From the NCBI GenBank assembly GCA_964057225.1, contig OZ059900.1, positions 18,166,001-18,230,000 on the forward strand: DNA of 64,000 nucleotides. The letters are read 5' to 3'. Positions within the stretch are counted from its first letter, which is position 1, and the number at the start of each line of letters is the position of its first letter. The translations under genes were made by a program, and so were the position numbers. The notes beneath the pieces are model-generated. The model saw nothing but the letters and a program-made list of their open reading frames with translations, did no database searches and was not told where the DNA came from. Source of the stretch: Auanema rhodensis. Its lineage: Eukaryota > Animalia > Nematoda. Shown here piece after piece: positions 11,288 to 24,292 of this stretch.

Positions 11288-14200
11288 CCACTTTCACGAC
11301 AAAAAAACAGGGGTTAGAAAATTAAGGAAATTAGCATATTCTGAGGGCACGCCCCTTATGGCTAATATTGATTAAATCGATTTTTGTTCATATGAGTCGT
11401 CAAATGCAACGAATTTCAGCGTGTTACATACTAAAATGAAGCATTTTACATGCTGAACACTAGAAAAATACAAAAACACAGTATTTCCCATGAGAAATAT
11501 TTTATTATGCTGGAAAACCAGTTTTTGGAAATTTCGCTGTAAACAAGGTTTTGACTTACGATTTCATGTGTTCAAACTCATGCAATGTCAATGAAACCTA
11601 GCTCAAAATTGTTCGTACAACGTCTAGTTCCACTTTCACGACAAAAAAACAGGGGTTAGAAAATTAAGGAAATTAGCATATTCTGAGGGCACGCCCCCTT
11701 ATGGCTAATATTGATTAAATCGATTTTTGTTCATATGAGTCGTCAAATGCAACGAATTTCAGCGTGTTACATACTAAAATGAAGCATTTTACATGCTGAA
11801 CACTAGAAAAATACAAAAACACAGTATTTCCCATGAGAAATATTTTATTATGCTGGAAAACCAGTTTTTGGAAATTTCGCTGTAAACAAGGTTTTGACTT
11901 ACGATTTCATGTGTTTAAACTCATGCAATGTCAATGAAACCTAGCTCAAAATTGTTAATACAATGTCTAGTTCCACTTTCACGACAAAAAAACAGGGGTT
12001 AGAAAATTAAGGAAATTAGCATATTCTGAGGGCACGCCCCTTATGGCTAATATTGATTAAATCGATTTTTGTTCATATGAGTCGTCAAATGCAACGAATT
12101 TCAGCGTGTTACATACTAAAATGAAGCATTTTACATGCTGAACACTAGAAAAATACAAAAACACAGTATTTCCCATGAGAAATATTTTATTATGCTGGAA
12201 AACCAGTTTTTGGAAATTTCGCTGTAAACAAGGTTTTGACTTACGATTTCATGTGTTCAAACTCATGCAATGTCAATGAAACCCAGCTCAAAATTGTTCG
12301 TACAACGTCTAGTTCCACTTTCACGACAAAAAAACAGGGGTTAGAAAATTAAGGAAATTAGCATATTCTGAGGGCACGCCCCTTATGGCTAATATTGATT
12401 AAATCGATTTTTGTTCATATGAGTCGTCAAATGCAACGAATTTCAGCGTGTTACATACTAAAATGAAGCATTTTACATGCTGAACACTAGAAAAATACAA
12501 AAACACAGTATTTCCCATGAGAAATATTTTATTATGCTGGAAAACCAGTTTTTGGAAATTTCGCTGTAAACAAGGTTTTGACTTACGATTTCATGTGTTC
12601 AAACTCATGCAATGTCAATGAAACCTAGCTCAAAATTGTTCGTACAACGTCTAGTTCCACTTTCACGACAAAAAAACAGGGGTTAGAAAATTAAGGAAAT
12701 TAGCATATTCTGAGGGCACGCCCCCTTATGGCTAATATTGATTAAATCGATTTTTGTTCATATGAGTCGTCAAATGCAACGAATTTCAGCGTGTTACATA
12801 CTAAAATGAAGCATTTTACATGCTGAACACTAGAAAAATACAAAAACACAGTATTTCCCATGAGAAATATTTTATTATGCTGGAAAACCAGTTTTTGGAA
12901 ATTTCGCTGTAAACAAGGTTTTGACTTACGATTTCATGTGTTTAAACTCATGCAATGTCAATGAAACCTAGCTCAAAATTGTTAATACAATGTCTAGTTC
13001 CACTTTCACGACAAAAAAACAGGGGTTAGAAAATTAAGGAAATTAGCATATTCTGAGGGCACGCCCCTTATGGCTAATATTGATTAAATCGATTTTTGTT
13101 CATATGAGTCGTCAAATGCAACGAATTTCAGCGTGTTACATACTAAAATGAAGCATTTTACATGCTGAACACTAGAAAAATACAAAAACACAGTATTTCC
13201 CATGAGAAATATTTTATTATGCTGGAAAACCAGTTTTTGGAAATTTCGCTGTAAACAAGGTTTTGACTTACGATTTCATGTGTTCAAACTCATGCAATGT
13301 CAATGAAACCCAGCTCAAAATTGTTCGTACAACGTCTAGTTCCACTTTCACGACAAAAAAACAGGGGTTAGAAAATTAAGGAAATTAGCATATTCTGAGG
13401 GCACGCCCCTTATGGCTAATATTGATTAAATCGATTTTTGTTCATATGAGTCGTCAAATGCAACGAATTTCAGCGTGTTACATACTAAAATGAAGCATTT
13501 CACATGCTGAACACTAGAAAAATACAAAAACACAGTATTTCCCATGAGAAATATTTTATTATGCTGGAAAACCAGTTTTTGGAAATTTCGCTGTAAACAA
13601 GGTTTTGACTTACGATTTCATGTGTTCAAACTCATGCAATGTCAATGAAACCTAGCTCAAAATTGTTCGTACAACGTCTAGTTCCACTTTCACGACAAAA
13701 AAACAGGGGTTAGAAAATTAAGGAAATTAGCATATTCTGAGGGCACGCCCCTTATGGCTAATATTGATTAAATCGATTTTTGTTCATATGAGTCGTCAAA
13801 TGCAACGAATTTCAGCGTGTTACATACTAAAATGAAGCATTTTACATGCTGAACACTAGAAAAATACAAAAACACAGTATTTCCCATGAGAAATATTTTA
13901 TTATGCTGGAAAACCAGTTTTTGAAAATATCGCTGTAAACAAGGTTTTGACTTACGATTTCATGTGTTCAAACTCATGCAATGTCAATGAAACCTAGCTC
14001 AAAATTGTTCCTACAACGTCTAGTTCCACTTTCACGACAAAAAAACAGGGGTTAGAAAATTAAGGAAATTAGCATATTCTGAGGGCACGCCCCTTATGGC
14101 TAATATTGATTAAATCGATTTTTGTTCATATGAGTCGTCAAATGCAACGAATTTCAGCGTGTTACATACTAAAATGAAGCATTTTACATGCTGAACACTA

Positions 14201-15735
14201 GAAAAATACAAAAACACAGTATTTCCCATGAGAAATATTTTATTATGCTGGAAAACCAGTTTTTGGAAATTTCGCTGTAAACAAGGTTTTGACTTACGAT
14301 TTCATGTGTTCAAACTCATGCAATGTCAATGAAACCTAGCTCAAAATTGTTCCTACAACGTCTAGTTCCACTTTCACGACAAAAAAACAGGGGTTAGAAA
14401 ATTAAGGAAATTAGCATATTCTGAGGGCACGCCCTTTATGGCTAATATTGATTAAATCGATTTTTGTTCATATGAGTCGTCAAATGCAACGAATTTCAGC
14501 GTGTTACATACTAAAATGAAGCATTTCACATGCTGAACACTAGAAAAATACAAAAACACAGTATTTCCCATGAGAAATATTTTATTATGCTGGAAAACCA
14601 GTTTTTGGAAATTTCGCTGTAAACAAGGTTTTGACTTACGATTTCATGTGTTCAAACTCATGCAATGTCAATGAAACCTAGCTCAAAATTGTTCGTACAA
14701 CGTCTAGTTCCACTTTCACGACAAAAAAACAGGGGTTAGAAAATTAAGGAAATTAGCATATTCTGAGGGCACGCCCCTTATGGCTAATATTGATTAAATC
14801 GATTTTTGTTCATATGAGTCGTCAAATGCAACGAATTTCAGCGTGTTACATACTAAAATGAAGCATTTTACATGCTGAACACTAGAAAAATACAAAAACA
14901 CAGTATTTCCCATGAGAAATATTTTATTATGCTGGAAAACCAGTTTTTGAAAATATCGCTGTAAACAAGGTTTTGACTTACGATTTCATGTGTTCAAACT
15001 CATGCAATGTCAATGAAACCTAGCTCAAAATTGTTCCTACAACGTCTAGTTCCACTTTCACGACAAAAAAACAGGGGTTAGAAAATTAAGGAAATTAGCA
15101 TATTCTGAGGGCACGCCCCTTATGGCTAATATTGATTAAATCGATTTTTGTTCATATGAGTCGTCAAATGCAACGAATTTCAGCGTGTTACATACTAAAA
15201 TGAAGCATTTTACATGCTGAACACTAGAAAAATACAAAAACACAGTATTTCCCATGAGAAATATTTTATTATGCTGGAAAACCAGTTTTTGGAAATTTCG
15301 CTGTAAACAAGGTTTTGACTTACGATTTCATGTGTTCAAACTCATGCAATGTCAATGAAACCTAGCTCAAAATTGTTCCTACAACGTCTAGTTCCACTTT
15401 CACGACAAAAAAACAGGGGTTAGAAAATTAAGGAAATTAGCATATTCTGAGGGCACGCCCTTTATGGCTAATATTGATTAAATCGATTTTTGTTCATATG
15501 AGTCGTCAAATGCAACGAATTTCAGCGTGTTACATACTAAAATGAAGCATTTCACATGCTGAACACTAGAAAAATACAAAAACACAGTATTTCCCATGAG
15601 AAATATTTTATTATGCTGGAAAACCAGTTTTTGGAAATTTCGCTGTAAACAAGGTTTTGACTTACGATTTCATGTGTTCAAACTCATGCAATGTCAATGA
15701 AACCTAGCTCAAAATTGTTCGTACAACGTCTAGTT
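11288..15735. repeat. Two adjacent trimer duplications (1027-bp unit at 11288-13341; 1026-bp unit at 13684-15735)
   Basis: 343-bp monomers at 11630/12657 are each followed by a CCCAGC monomer. GAAAATATCG monomers at 13684/14710 are each followed by the same two types. The arrangement recurs at +47,412. Confidence 0.85.
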
Positions 15736-18700
15736 CCACTTTCACGACAAAAAAACAGGGGTTAGAAAATTAAGGAAATTAGCATATTCTGAGGGCACGC
15801 CCCTTATGGCTAATATTGATTAAATCGATTTTTGTTCATATGAGTCGTCAAATGCAACAAATTTCAGCGTGTTACATACTAAAATGAAGCATTTTACATG
15901 CTGAACACTAGAAAAATACAAAAACACAGTAATACCCATGAGAAATATTTTATTATGCTGGAAAACCAGTTTTTGGAAATTTCGCTGTAAACAAGGTTTT
16001 GACTTACGATTTCATGTGTTCAAACTCATGCAATGTCAATGAAACCTAGCTCAAAATTGTTCGTACAACGTCTAGTTCCACTTTCACGACAAAAAAACAG
16101 GGGTTAGAAAATTAAGGAAATTAGCATATTCTGAGGGCACGCCCCTTATGGCTAATATTGATTAAATCGATTTTTGTTCATATGAGTCGTCAAATGCAAC
16201 GAATTTCAGCGTGTTACATACTAAAATGAAGCATTTTACATGCTGAACACTAGAAAAATACAAAAACACAGTAATACCCATGAGAAATATTTTATTATGC
16301 TGGAAAACCAGTTTTTGGAAATTTCGCTGTAAACAAGGTTTTGACTTACGATTTCATGTGTTCAAACTCATGCAATGTCAATGAAACCTAGCTCAAAATT
16401 GTTAATACAATGTCTAGTTCCACTTTCACGACAAAAAAACAGGGGTTAGAAAATTAAGGAAATTAGCATATTCTGAGGGCACGCCCTTTATGGCTAATAT
16501 TGATTAAATCGATTTTTGTTCATATGAGTCGTCAAATGCAACGAATTTCAGCGTGTTACATACTAAAATGAAGCATTTTACATGCTGAACACTAGAAAAA
16601 TACAAAAACACAGTATTTCCCATGAGAAATATTTTATTATGCTGGAAAACCAGTTTTTGGAAATTTCGCTGTAAACAAGGTTTTGACTTACGATTTCATG
16701 TGTTCAAACTCATGCAATGTCAATGAAACCCAGCTCAAAATTGTTCGTACAACGTCTAGTTCCACTTTCACGACAAAAAAACAGGGGTTAGAAAATTAAG
16801 GAAATTAGCATATTCTGAGGGCACGCCCCTTATGGCTAATATTGATTAAATCGATTTTTGTTCATATGAGTCGTCAAATGCAACGAATTTCAGCGTGTTA
16901 CATACTAAAATGAAGCATTTTACATGCTGAACACTAGAAAAATACAAAAACACAGTATTTCCCATGAGAAATATTTTATTATGCTGGAAAACCAGTTTTT
17001 GGAAATTTTGCTGTAAACAAGGTTTTGACTTACGATTTCATGTGTTCAAACTCATGCAATGTCAATGAAACCTAGCTCAAAATTGTTCGTACAACGTCTA
17101 GTTCCACTTTCACGACAAAAAAACAGGGGTTAGAAAATTAAGGAAATTAGCATATTCTGAGGGCACGCCCCTTATGGCTAATATTGATTAAATCGATTTT
17201 TGTTCATATGAGTCGTCAAATGCAACGAATTTCAGCGTGTTACATACTAAAATGAAGCATTTTACATGCTGAACACTAGAAAAATACAAAAACACAGTAT
17301 TTCCCATGAGAAATATTTTATTATGCTGGAAAACCAGTTTTTGAAAATTTCGCTGTAAACAAGGTTTTGACTTACGATTTCATGTGTTCAAACTCATGCA
17401 ATGTCAATGAAACCTAGCTCAAAATTGTTCCTACAACGTCTAGTTCCACTTTCACGACAAAAAAACAGGGGTTAGAAAATTAAGGAAATTAGCATATTCT
17501 GAGGGCACGCCCTTTATGGCTAATATTGATTAAATCGATTTTTGTTCATATGAGTCGTCAAATGCAACGAATTTCAGCGTGTTACATACTAAAATGAAGC
17601 ATTTTACATGCTGAACACTAGAAAAATACAAAAACACAGTATTTCCCATGAGAAATATTTTATTATGCTGGAAAACCAGTTTTTGGAAATTTCGCTGTAA
17701 ACAAGGTTTTGACTTACGATTTCATGTGTTCAAACTCATGCAATGTCAATGAAACCTAGCTCAAAATTGTTCGTACAACGTCTAGTTCCACTTTCACGAC
17801 AAAAAAACAGGGGTTAGAAAATTAAGGAAATTAGCATATTCTGAGGGCACGCCCCTTATGGCTAATATTGATTAAATCGATTTTTGTTCATATGAGTCGT
17901 CAAATGCAACGAATTTCAGCGTGTTACGTACTAAAATGAAGCATTCTACATGCTGAACACTAGAAAAATACAAAAACACAGTATTTCCCATGAGAAATAT
18001 TTTATTATGCTGGAAAACCAGTTTTTGGAAATTTCGCTGTAAACAAGGTTTTGACTTACGATTTCATGTGTTCAAACTCATGCAATGTCAATGAAACCTA
18101 GCTCAAAATTGTTCCTACAACGTCTAGTTCCACTTTCACGACAAAAAAACAGGGGTTAGAAAATTAAGGAAATTAGCATATTCTGAGGGCACGCCCTTTA
18201 TGGCTAATATTGATTAAATCGATTTTTGTTCATATGAGTCGTCAAATGCAACGAATTTCAGCGTGTTACATACTAAAATGAAGCATTTTACATGCTGAAC
18301 ACTAGAAAAATACAAAAACACAGTATTTCCCATGAGAAATATTTTATTATGCTGGAAAACCAGTTTTTGGAAATTTCGCTGTAAACAAGGTTTTGACTTA
18401 CGATTTCATGTGTTCAAACTCATGCAATGTCAATGAAACCTAGCTCAAAATTGTTCGTACAACGTCTAGTTCCACTTTCACGACAAAAAAACAGGGGTTA
18501 GAAAATTAAGGAAATTAGCATATTCTGAGGGCACGCCCCTTATGGCTAATATTGATTAAATCGATTTTTGTTCATATGAGTCGTCAAATGCAACGAATTT
18601 CAGCGTGTTACATACTAAAATGAAGCATTTTACATGCTGAACACTAGAAAAATACAAAAACACAGTATTTCCCATGAGAAATATTTTATTATGCTGGAAA

Positions 18701-20865
18701 ACCAGTTTTTGGAAATTTCGCTGTAAACAAGGTTTTGACTTACGATTTCATGTGTTCAAACTCATGCAATGTCAATGAAACCTAGCTCAAAATTGTTCGT
18801 ACAACGACTAGTTCCACTTTCACGACAAAAAAACAGGGGTTAGAAAATTAAGGAAATTAGCATATTCTGAGGGCACGCCCCTTATGGCTAATATTGATTA
18901 AATCGATTTTTGTTCATATGAGTCGTCAAATGCAACGAATTTCAGCGTGTTACATACTAAAATGAAGCATTTTACATGCTGAACACTAGAAAAATACAAA
19001 AACACAGTAATACCCATGAGAAATATTTTATTATGCTGGAAAACCAGTTTTTGGAAATTTCGCTGTAAACAAGGTTTTGACTTACGATTTCATGTGTTCA
19101 AACTCATGCAATGTCAATGAAACCTAGCTCAAAATTGTTCCTACAACGTCTAGTTCCACTTTCACGACAAAAAAACAGGGGTTAGAAAATTAAGGAAATT
19201 AGCATATTCTGAGGGCACGACCTTTATGGCTAATATTGATTAAATCGATTTTTGTTCATATGAGTCGTCAAATGCAACGAATTTCAGCGTGTTACATACT
19301 AAAATGAAGCATTTTACATGCTGAACACTAGAAAAATACAAAAACACAGTATTTCCCATGAGAAATATTTTATTATGCTGGAAAACCAGTTTTTGGAAAT
19401 TTCGCTGTAAACAAGGTTTTGACTTACGATTTCATGTGTTCAAACTCATGCAATGTCAATGAAACCTAGCTCAAAATTGTTCGTACAACGTCTAGTTCCA
19501 CTTTCACGACAAAAAAACAGGGGTTAGAAAATTAAGGAAATTAGCATATTCTGAGGGCACGCCCCTTATGGCTAATATTGATTAAATCGATTTTTGTTCA
19601 TATGAGTCGTCAAATGCAACGAATTTCAGCGTGTTACATACTAAAATGAAGCATTTTACATGCTGAACACTAGAAAAATACAAAAACACAGTATTTCCCA
19701 TGAGAAATATTTTATTATGCTGGAAAACCAGTTTTTGGAAATTTCGCTGTAAACAAGGTTTTGACTTACGATTTCATGTGTTCAAACTCATGCAATGTCA
19801 ATGAAACCTAGCTCAAAATTGTTCGTACAACGACTAGTTCCACTTTCACGACAAAAAAACAGGGGTTAGAAAATTAAGGAAATTAGCATATTCTGAGGGC
19901 ACGCCCCTTATGGCTAATATTGATTAAATCGATTTTTGTTCATATGAGTCGTCAAATGCAACGAATTTCAGCGTGTTACATACTAAAATGAAGCATTTTA
20001 CATGCTGAACACTAGAAAAATACAAAAACACAGTAATACCCATGAGAAATATTTTATTATGCTGGAAAACCAGTTTTTGGAAATTTCGCTGTAAACAAGG
20101 TTTTGACTTACGATTTCATGTGTTCAAACTCATGCAATGTCAATGAAACCTAGCTCAAAATTGTTCGTACAACGTCTAGTTCCACTTTCACGACAAAAAA
20201 ACAGGGGTTAGAAAATTAAGGAAATTAGCATATTCTGAGGGCACGCCCCTTATGGCTAATATTGATTAAATCGATTTTTGTTCATATGAGTCGTCAAATA
20301 CAACGAATTTCAGCGTGTTACGTACTAAAATGAAGCATTTTACATGCTGAACACTAGAAAAATACAAAAACACAGTATTTCCCATGAGAAATATTTTATT
20401 ATGCTGGAAAACCAGTTTTTGGAAATTTCGCTGTAAACAAGGTTTTGACTTACGATTTCATGTGTTCAAACTCATGCAATGTCAATGAAACCTAGCTCAA
20501 AATTGTTCCTACAACGTCTAGTTCCACTTTCACGACAAAAAAACAGGGGTTAGAAAATTAAGGAAATTAGCATATTCTGAGGGCACGCCCTTTATGGCTA
20601 ATATTGATTAAATCGATTTTTGTTCATATGAGTCGTCAAATGCAACGAATTTCAGCGTGTTACATACTAAAATGAAGCATTTTACATGCTGAACACTAGA
20701 AAAATACAAAAACACAGTATTTCCCATGAGAAATATTTTATTATGCTGGAAAACCAGTTTTTGGAAATTTCGCTGTAAACAAGGTTTTGACTTACGATTT
20801 CATGTGTTCAAACTCATGCAATGTCAATGAAACCTAGCTCAAAATTGTTCGTACAACGTCTAGTT

Positions 20866-21039
20866 CCACTTTCACGACAAAAAAACAGGGGTTAGAAAAT
20901 TAAGGAATATTTTATTATGCTGGAAAACCAGTTTTTGGAAATTTCGCTGTAAACAAGGTTTTGACTTACGATTTCATGTGTTCAAACTCATGCAATGTCA
21001 ATGAAACCTAGCTCAAAATTGTTCGTACAACGTCTAGTT
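20866..21039. repeat. Truncated 174-bp monomer (168-bp internal deletion, p43-210), copy 1
   Basis: Junction reads AATTAAGGAA|TATTTTATTATGC at about 20907, joining p42 to p211. The next monomer starts at 21040. Confidence 0.96.
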
Positions 21040-24000
21040 CCACTTTCACGACAAAAAAACAGGGGTTAGAAAATTAAGGAAATTAGCATATTCTGAGGGC
21101 ACGCCCCCTTATGGCTAATATTGATTAAATCGATTTTTGTTCATATGAGTCGTCAAATGCAACGAATTTCAGCGTGTTACATACTAAAATGAAGCATTTT
21201 ACATGCTGAACACTAGAAAAATACAAAAACACAGTATTTCCCATGAGAAATATTTTATTATGCTGGAAAACCAGTTTTTGGAAATTTCGCTGTAAACAAG
21301 GTTTTGACTTACGATTTCATGTGTTTAAACTCATGCAATGTCAATGAAACCTAGCTCAAAATTGTTAATACAATGTCTAGTTCCACTTTCACGACAAAAA
21401 AACAGGGGTTAGAAAATTAAGGAAATTAGCATATTCTGAGGGCACGCCCCTTATGGCTAATATTGATTAAATCGATTTTTGTTCATATGAGTCGTCAAAT
21501 GCAACGAATTTCAGCGTGTTACATACTAAAATGAAGCATTTTACATGCTGAACACTAGAAAAATACAAAAACACAGTATTTCCCATGAGAAATATTTTAT
21601 TATGCTGGAAAACCAGTTTTTGGAAATTTCGCTGTAAACAAGGTTTTGACTTACGATTTCATGTGTTCAAACTCATGCAATGTCAATGAAACCCAGCTCA
21701 AAATTGTTCGTACAACGTCTAGTTCCACTTTCACGACAAAAAAACAGGGGTTAGAAAATTAAGGAAATTAGCATATTCTGAGGGCACGCCCCTTATGGCT
21801 AATATTGATTAAATCGATTTTTGTTCATATGAGTCGTCAAATGCAACGAATTTCAGCGTGTTACATACTAAAATGAAGCATTTTACATGCTGAACACTAG
21901 AAAAATACAAAAACACAGTATTTCCCATGAGAAATATTTTATTATGCTGGAAAACCAGTTTTTGGAAATTTCGCTGTAAACAAGGTTTTGACTTACGATT
22001 TCATGTGTTCAAACTCATGCAATGTCAATGAAACCTAGCTCAACATTGTTCGTACAACGTCTAGTTCCACTTTCACGACAAAAAAACAGGGGTTAGAAAA
22101 TTAAGGAAATTAGCATATTCTGAGGGCACGCCCCTTATGGCTAATATTGATTAAATCGATTTTTGTTCATATGAGTCGTCAAATGCAACGAATTTCAGCG
22201 TGTTACATACTAAAATGAAGCATTTTACATGCTGAACACTAGAAAAATACAAAAACACAGTATTTCCCATGAGAAATATTTTATTATGCTGGAAAACCAG
22301 TTTTTGGAAATTTCGCTGTAAACAAGGTTTTGACTTACGATTTCATGTGTTCAAACTCATGCAATGTCAATGAAACCTAGCTCAAAATTGTTCCTACAAC
22401 GTCTAGTTCCACTTTCACGACAAAAAAACAGGGGTTAGAAAATTAAGGAAATTAGCATATTCTGAGGGCACGACCTTTATGGCTAATATTGATTAAATCG
22501 ATTTTTGTTCATATGAGTCGTCAAATGCAACGAATTTCAGCGTGTTACATACTAAAATGAAGCATTTTACATGCTGAACACTAGAAAAATACAAAAACAC
22601 AGTATTTCCCATGAGAAATATTTTATTATGCTGGAAAACCAGTTTTTGGAAATTTCGCTGTAAACAAGGTTTTGACTTACGATTTCATGTGTTCAAACTC
22701 ATGCAATGTCAATGAAACCTAGCTCAAAATTGTTCGTACAACGTCTAGTTCCACTTTCACGACAAAAAAACAGGGGTTAGAAAATTAAGGAAATTAGCAT
22801 ATTCTGAGGGCACGCCCCTTATGGCTAATATTGATTAAATCGATTTTTGTTCATATGAGTCGTCAAATGCAACGAATTTCAGCGTGTTACATACTAAAAT
22901 GAAGCATTTTACATGCTGAACACTAGAAAAATACAAAAACACAGTATTTCCCATGAGAAATATTTTATTATGCTGGAAAACCAGTTTTTGGAAATTTCGC
23001 TGTAAACAAGGTTTTGACTTACGATTTCATGTGTTCAAACTCATGCAATGTCAATGAAACCTAGCTCAAAATTGTTCGTACAACGACTAGTTCCACTTTC
23101 ACGACAAAAAAACAGGGGTTAGAAAATTAAGGAAATTAGCATATTCTGAGGGCACGCCCCTTATGGCTAATATTGATTAAATCGATTTTTGTTCATATGA
23201 GTCGTCAAATGCAACGAATTTCAGCGTGTTACATACTAAAATGAAGCATTTTACATGCTGAACACTAGAAAAATACAAAAACACAGTAATACCCATGAGA
23301 AATATTTTATTATGCTGGAAAACCAGTTTTTGGAAATTTCGCTGTAAACAAGGTTTTGACTTACGATTTCATGTGTTCAAACTCATGCAATGTCAATGAA
23401 ACCTAGCTCAAAATTGTTCGTACAACGTCTAGTTCCACTTTCACGACAAAAAAACAGGGGTTAGAAAATTAAGGAAATTAGCATATTCTGAGGGCACGCC
23501 CCTTATGGCTAATATTGATTAAATCGATTTTTGTTCATATGAGTCGTCAAATACAACGAATTTCAGCGTGTTACGTACTAAAATGAAGCATTTTACATGC
23601 TGAACACTAGAAAAATACAAAAACACAGTATTTCCCATGAGAAATATTTTATTATGCTGGAAAACCAGTTTTTGGAAATTTCGCTGTAAACAAGGTTTTG
23701 ACTTACGATTTCATGTGTTCAAACTCATGCAATGTCAATGAAACCTAGCTCAAAATTGTTCCTACAACGTCTAGTTCCACTTTCACGACAAAAAAACAGG
23801 GGTTAGAAAATTAAGGAAATTAGCATATTCTGAGGGCACGCCCTTTATGGCTAATATTGATTAAATCGATTTTTGTTCATATGAGTCGTCAAATGCAACG
23901 AATTTCAGCGTGTTACATACTAAAATGAAGCATTTTACATGCTGAACACTAGAAAAATACAAAAACACAGTATTTCCCATGAGAAATATTTTATTATGCT

Positions 24001-24118
24001 GGAAAACCAGTTTTTGGAAATTTCGCTGTAAACAAGGTTTTGACTTACGATTTCATGTGTTCAAACTCATGCAATGTCAATGAAACCTAGCTCAAAATTG
24101 TTCGTACAACGTCTAGTT

Positions 24119-24292
24119 CCACTTTCACGACAAAAAAACAGGGGTTAGAAAATTAAGGAATATTTTATTATGCTGGAAAACCAGTTTTTGGAAATTTCGC
24201 TGTAAACAAGGTTTTGACTTACGATTTCATGTGTTCAAACTCATGCAATGTCAATGAAACCTAGCTCAAAATTGTTCGTACAACGTCTAGTT
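24119..24292. repeat. Truncated 174-bp monomer (same 168-bp deletion), copy 2
   Basis: Identical junction at 24160/24161, exactly 3253 bp after copy 1. Confidence 0.96.
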
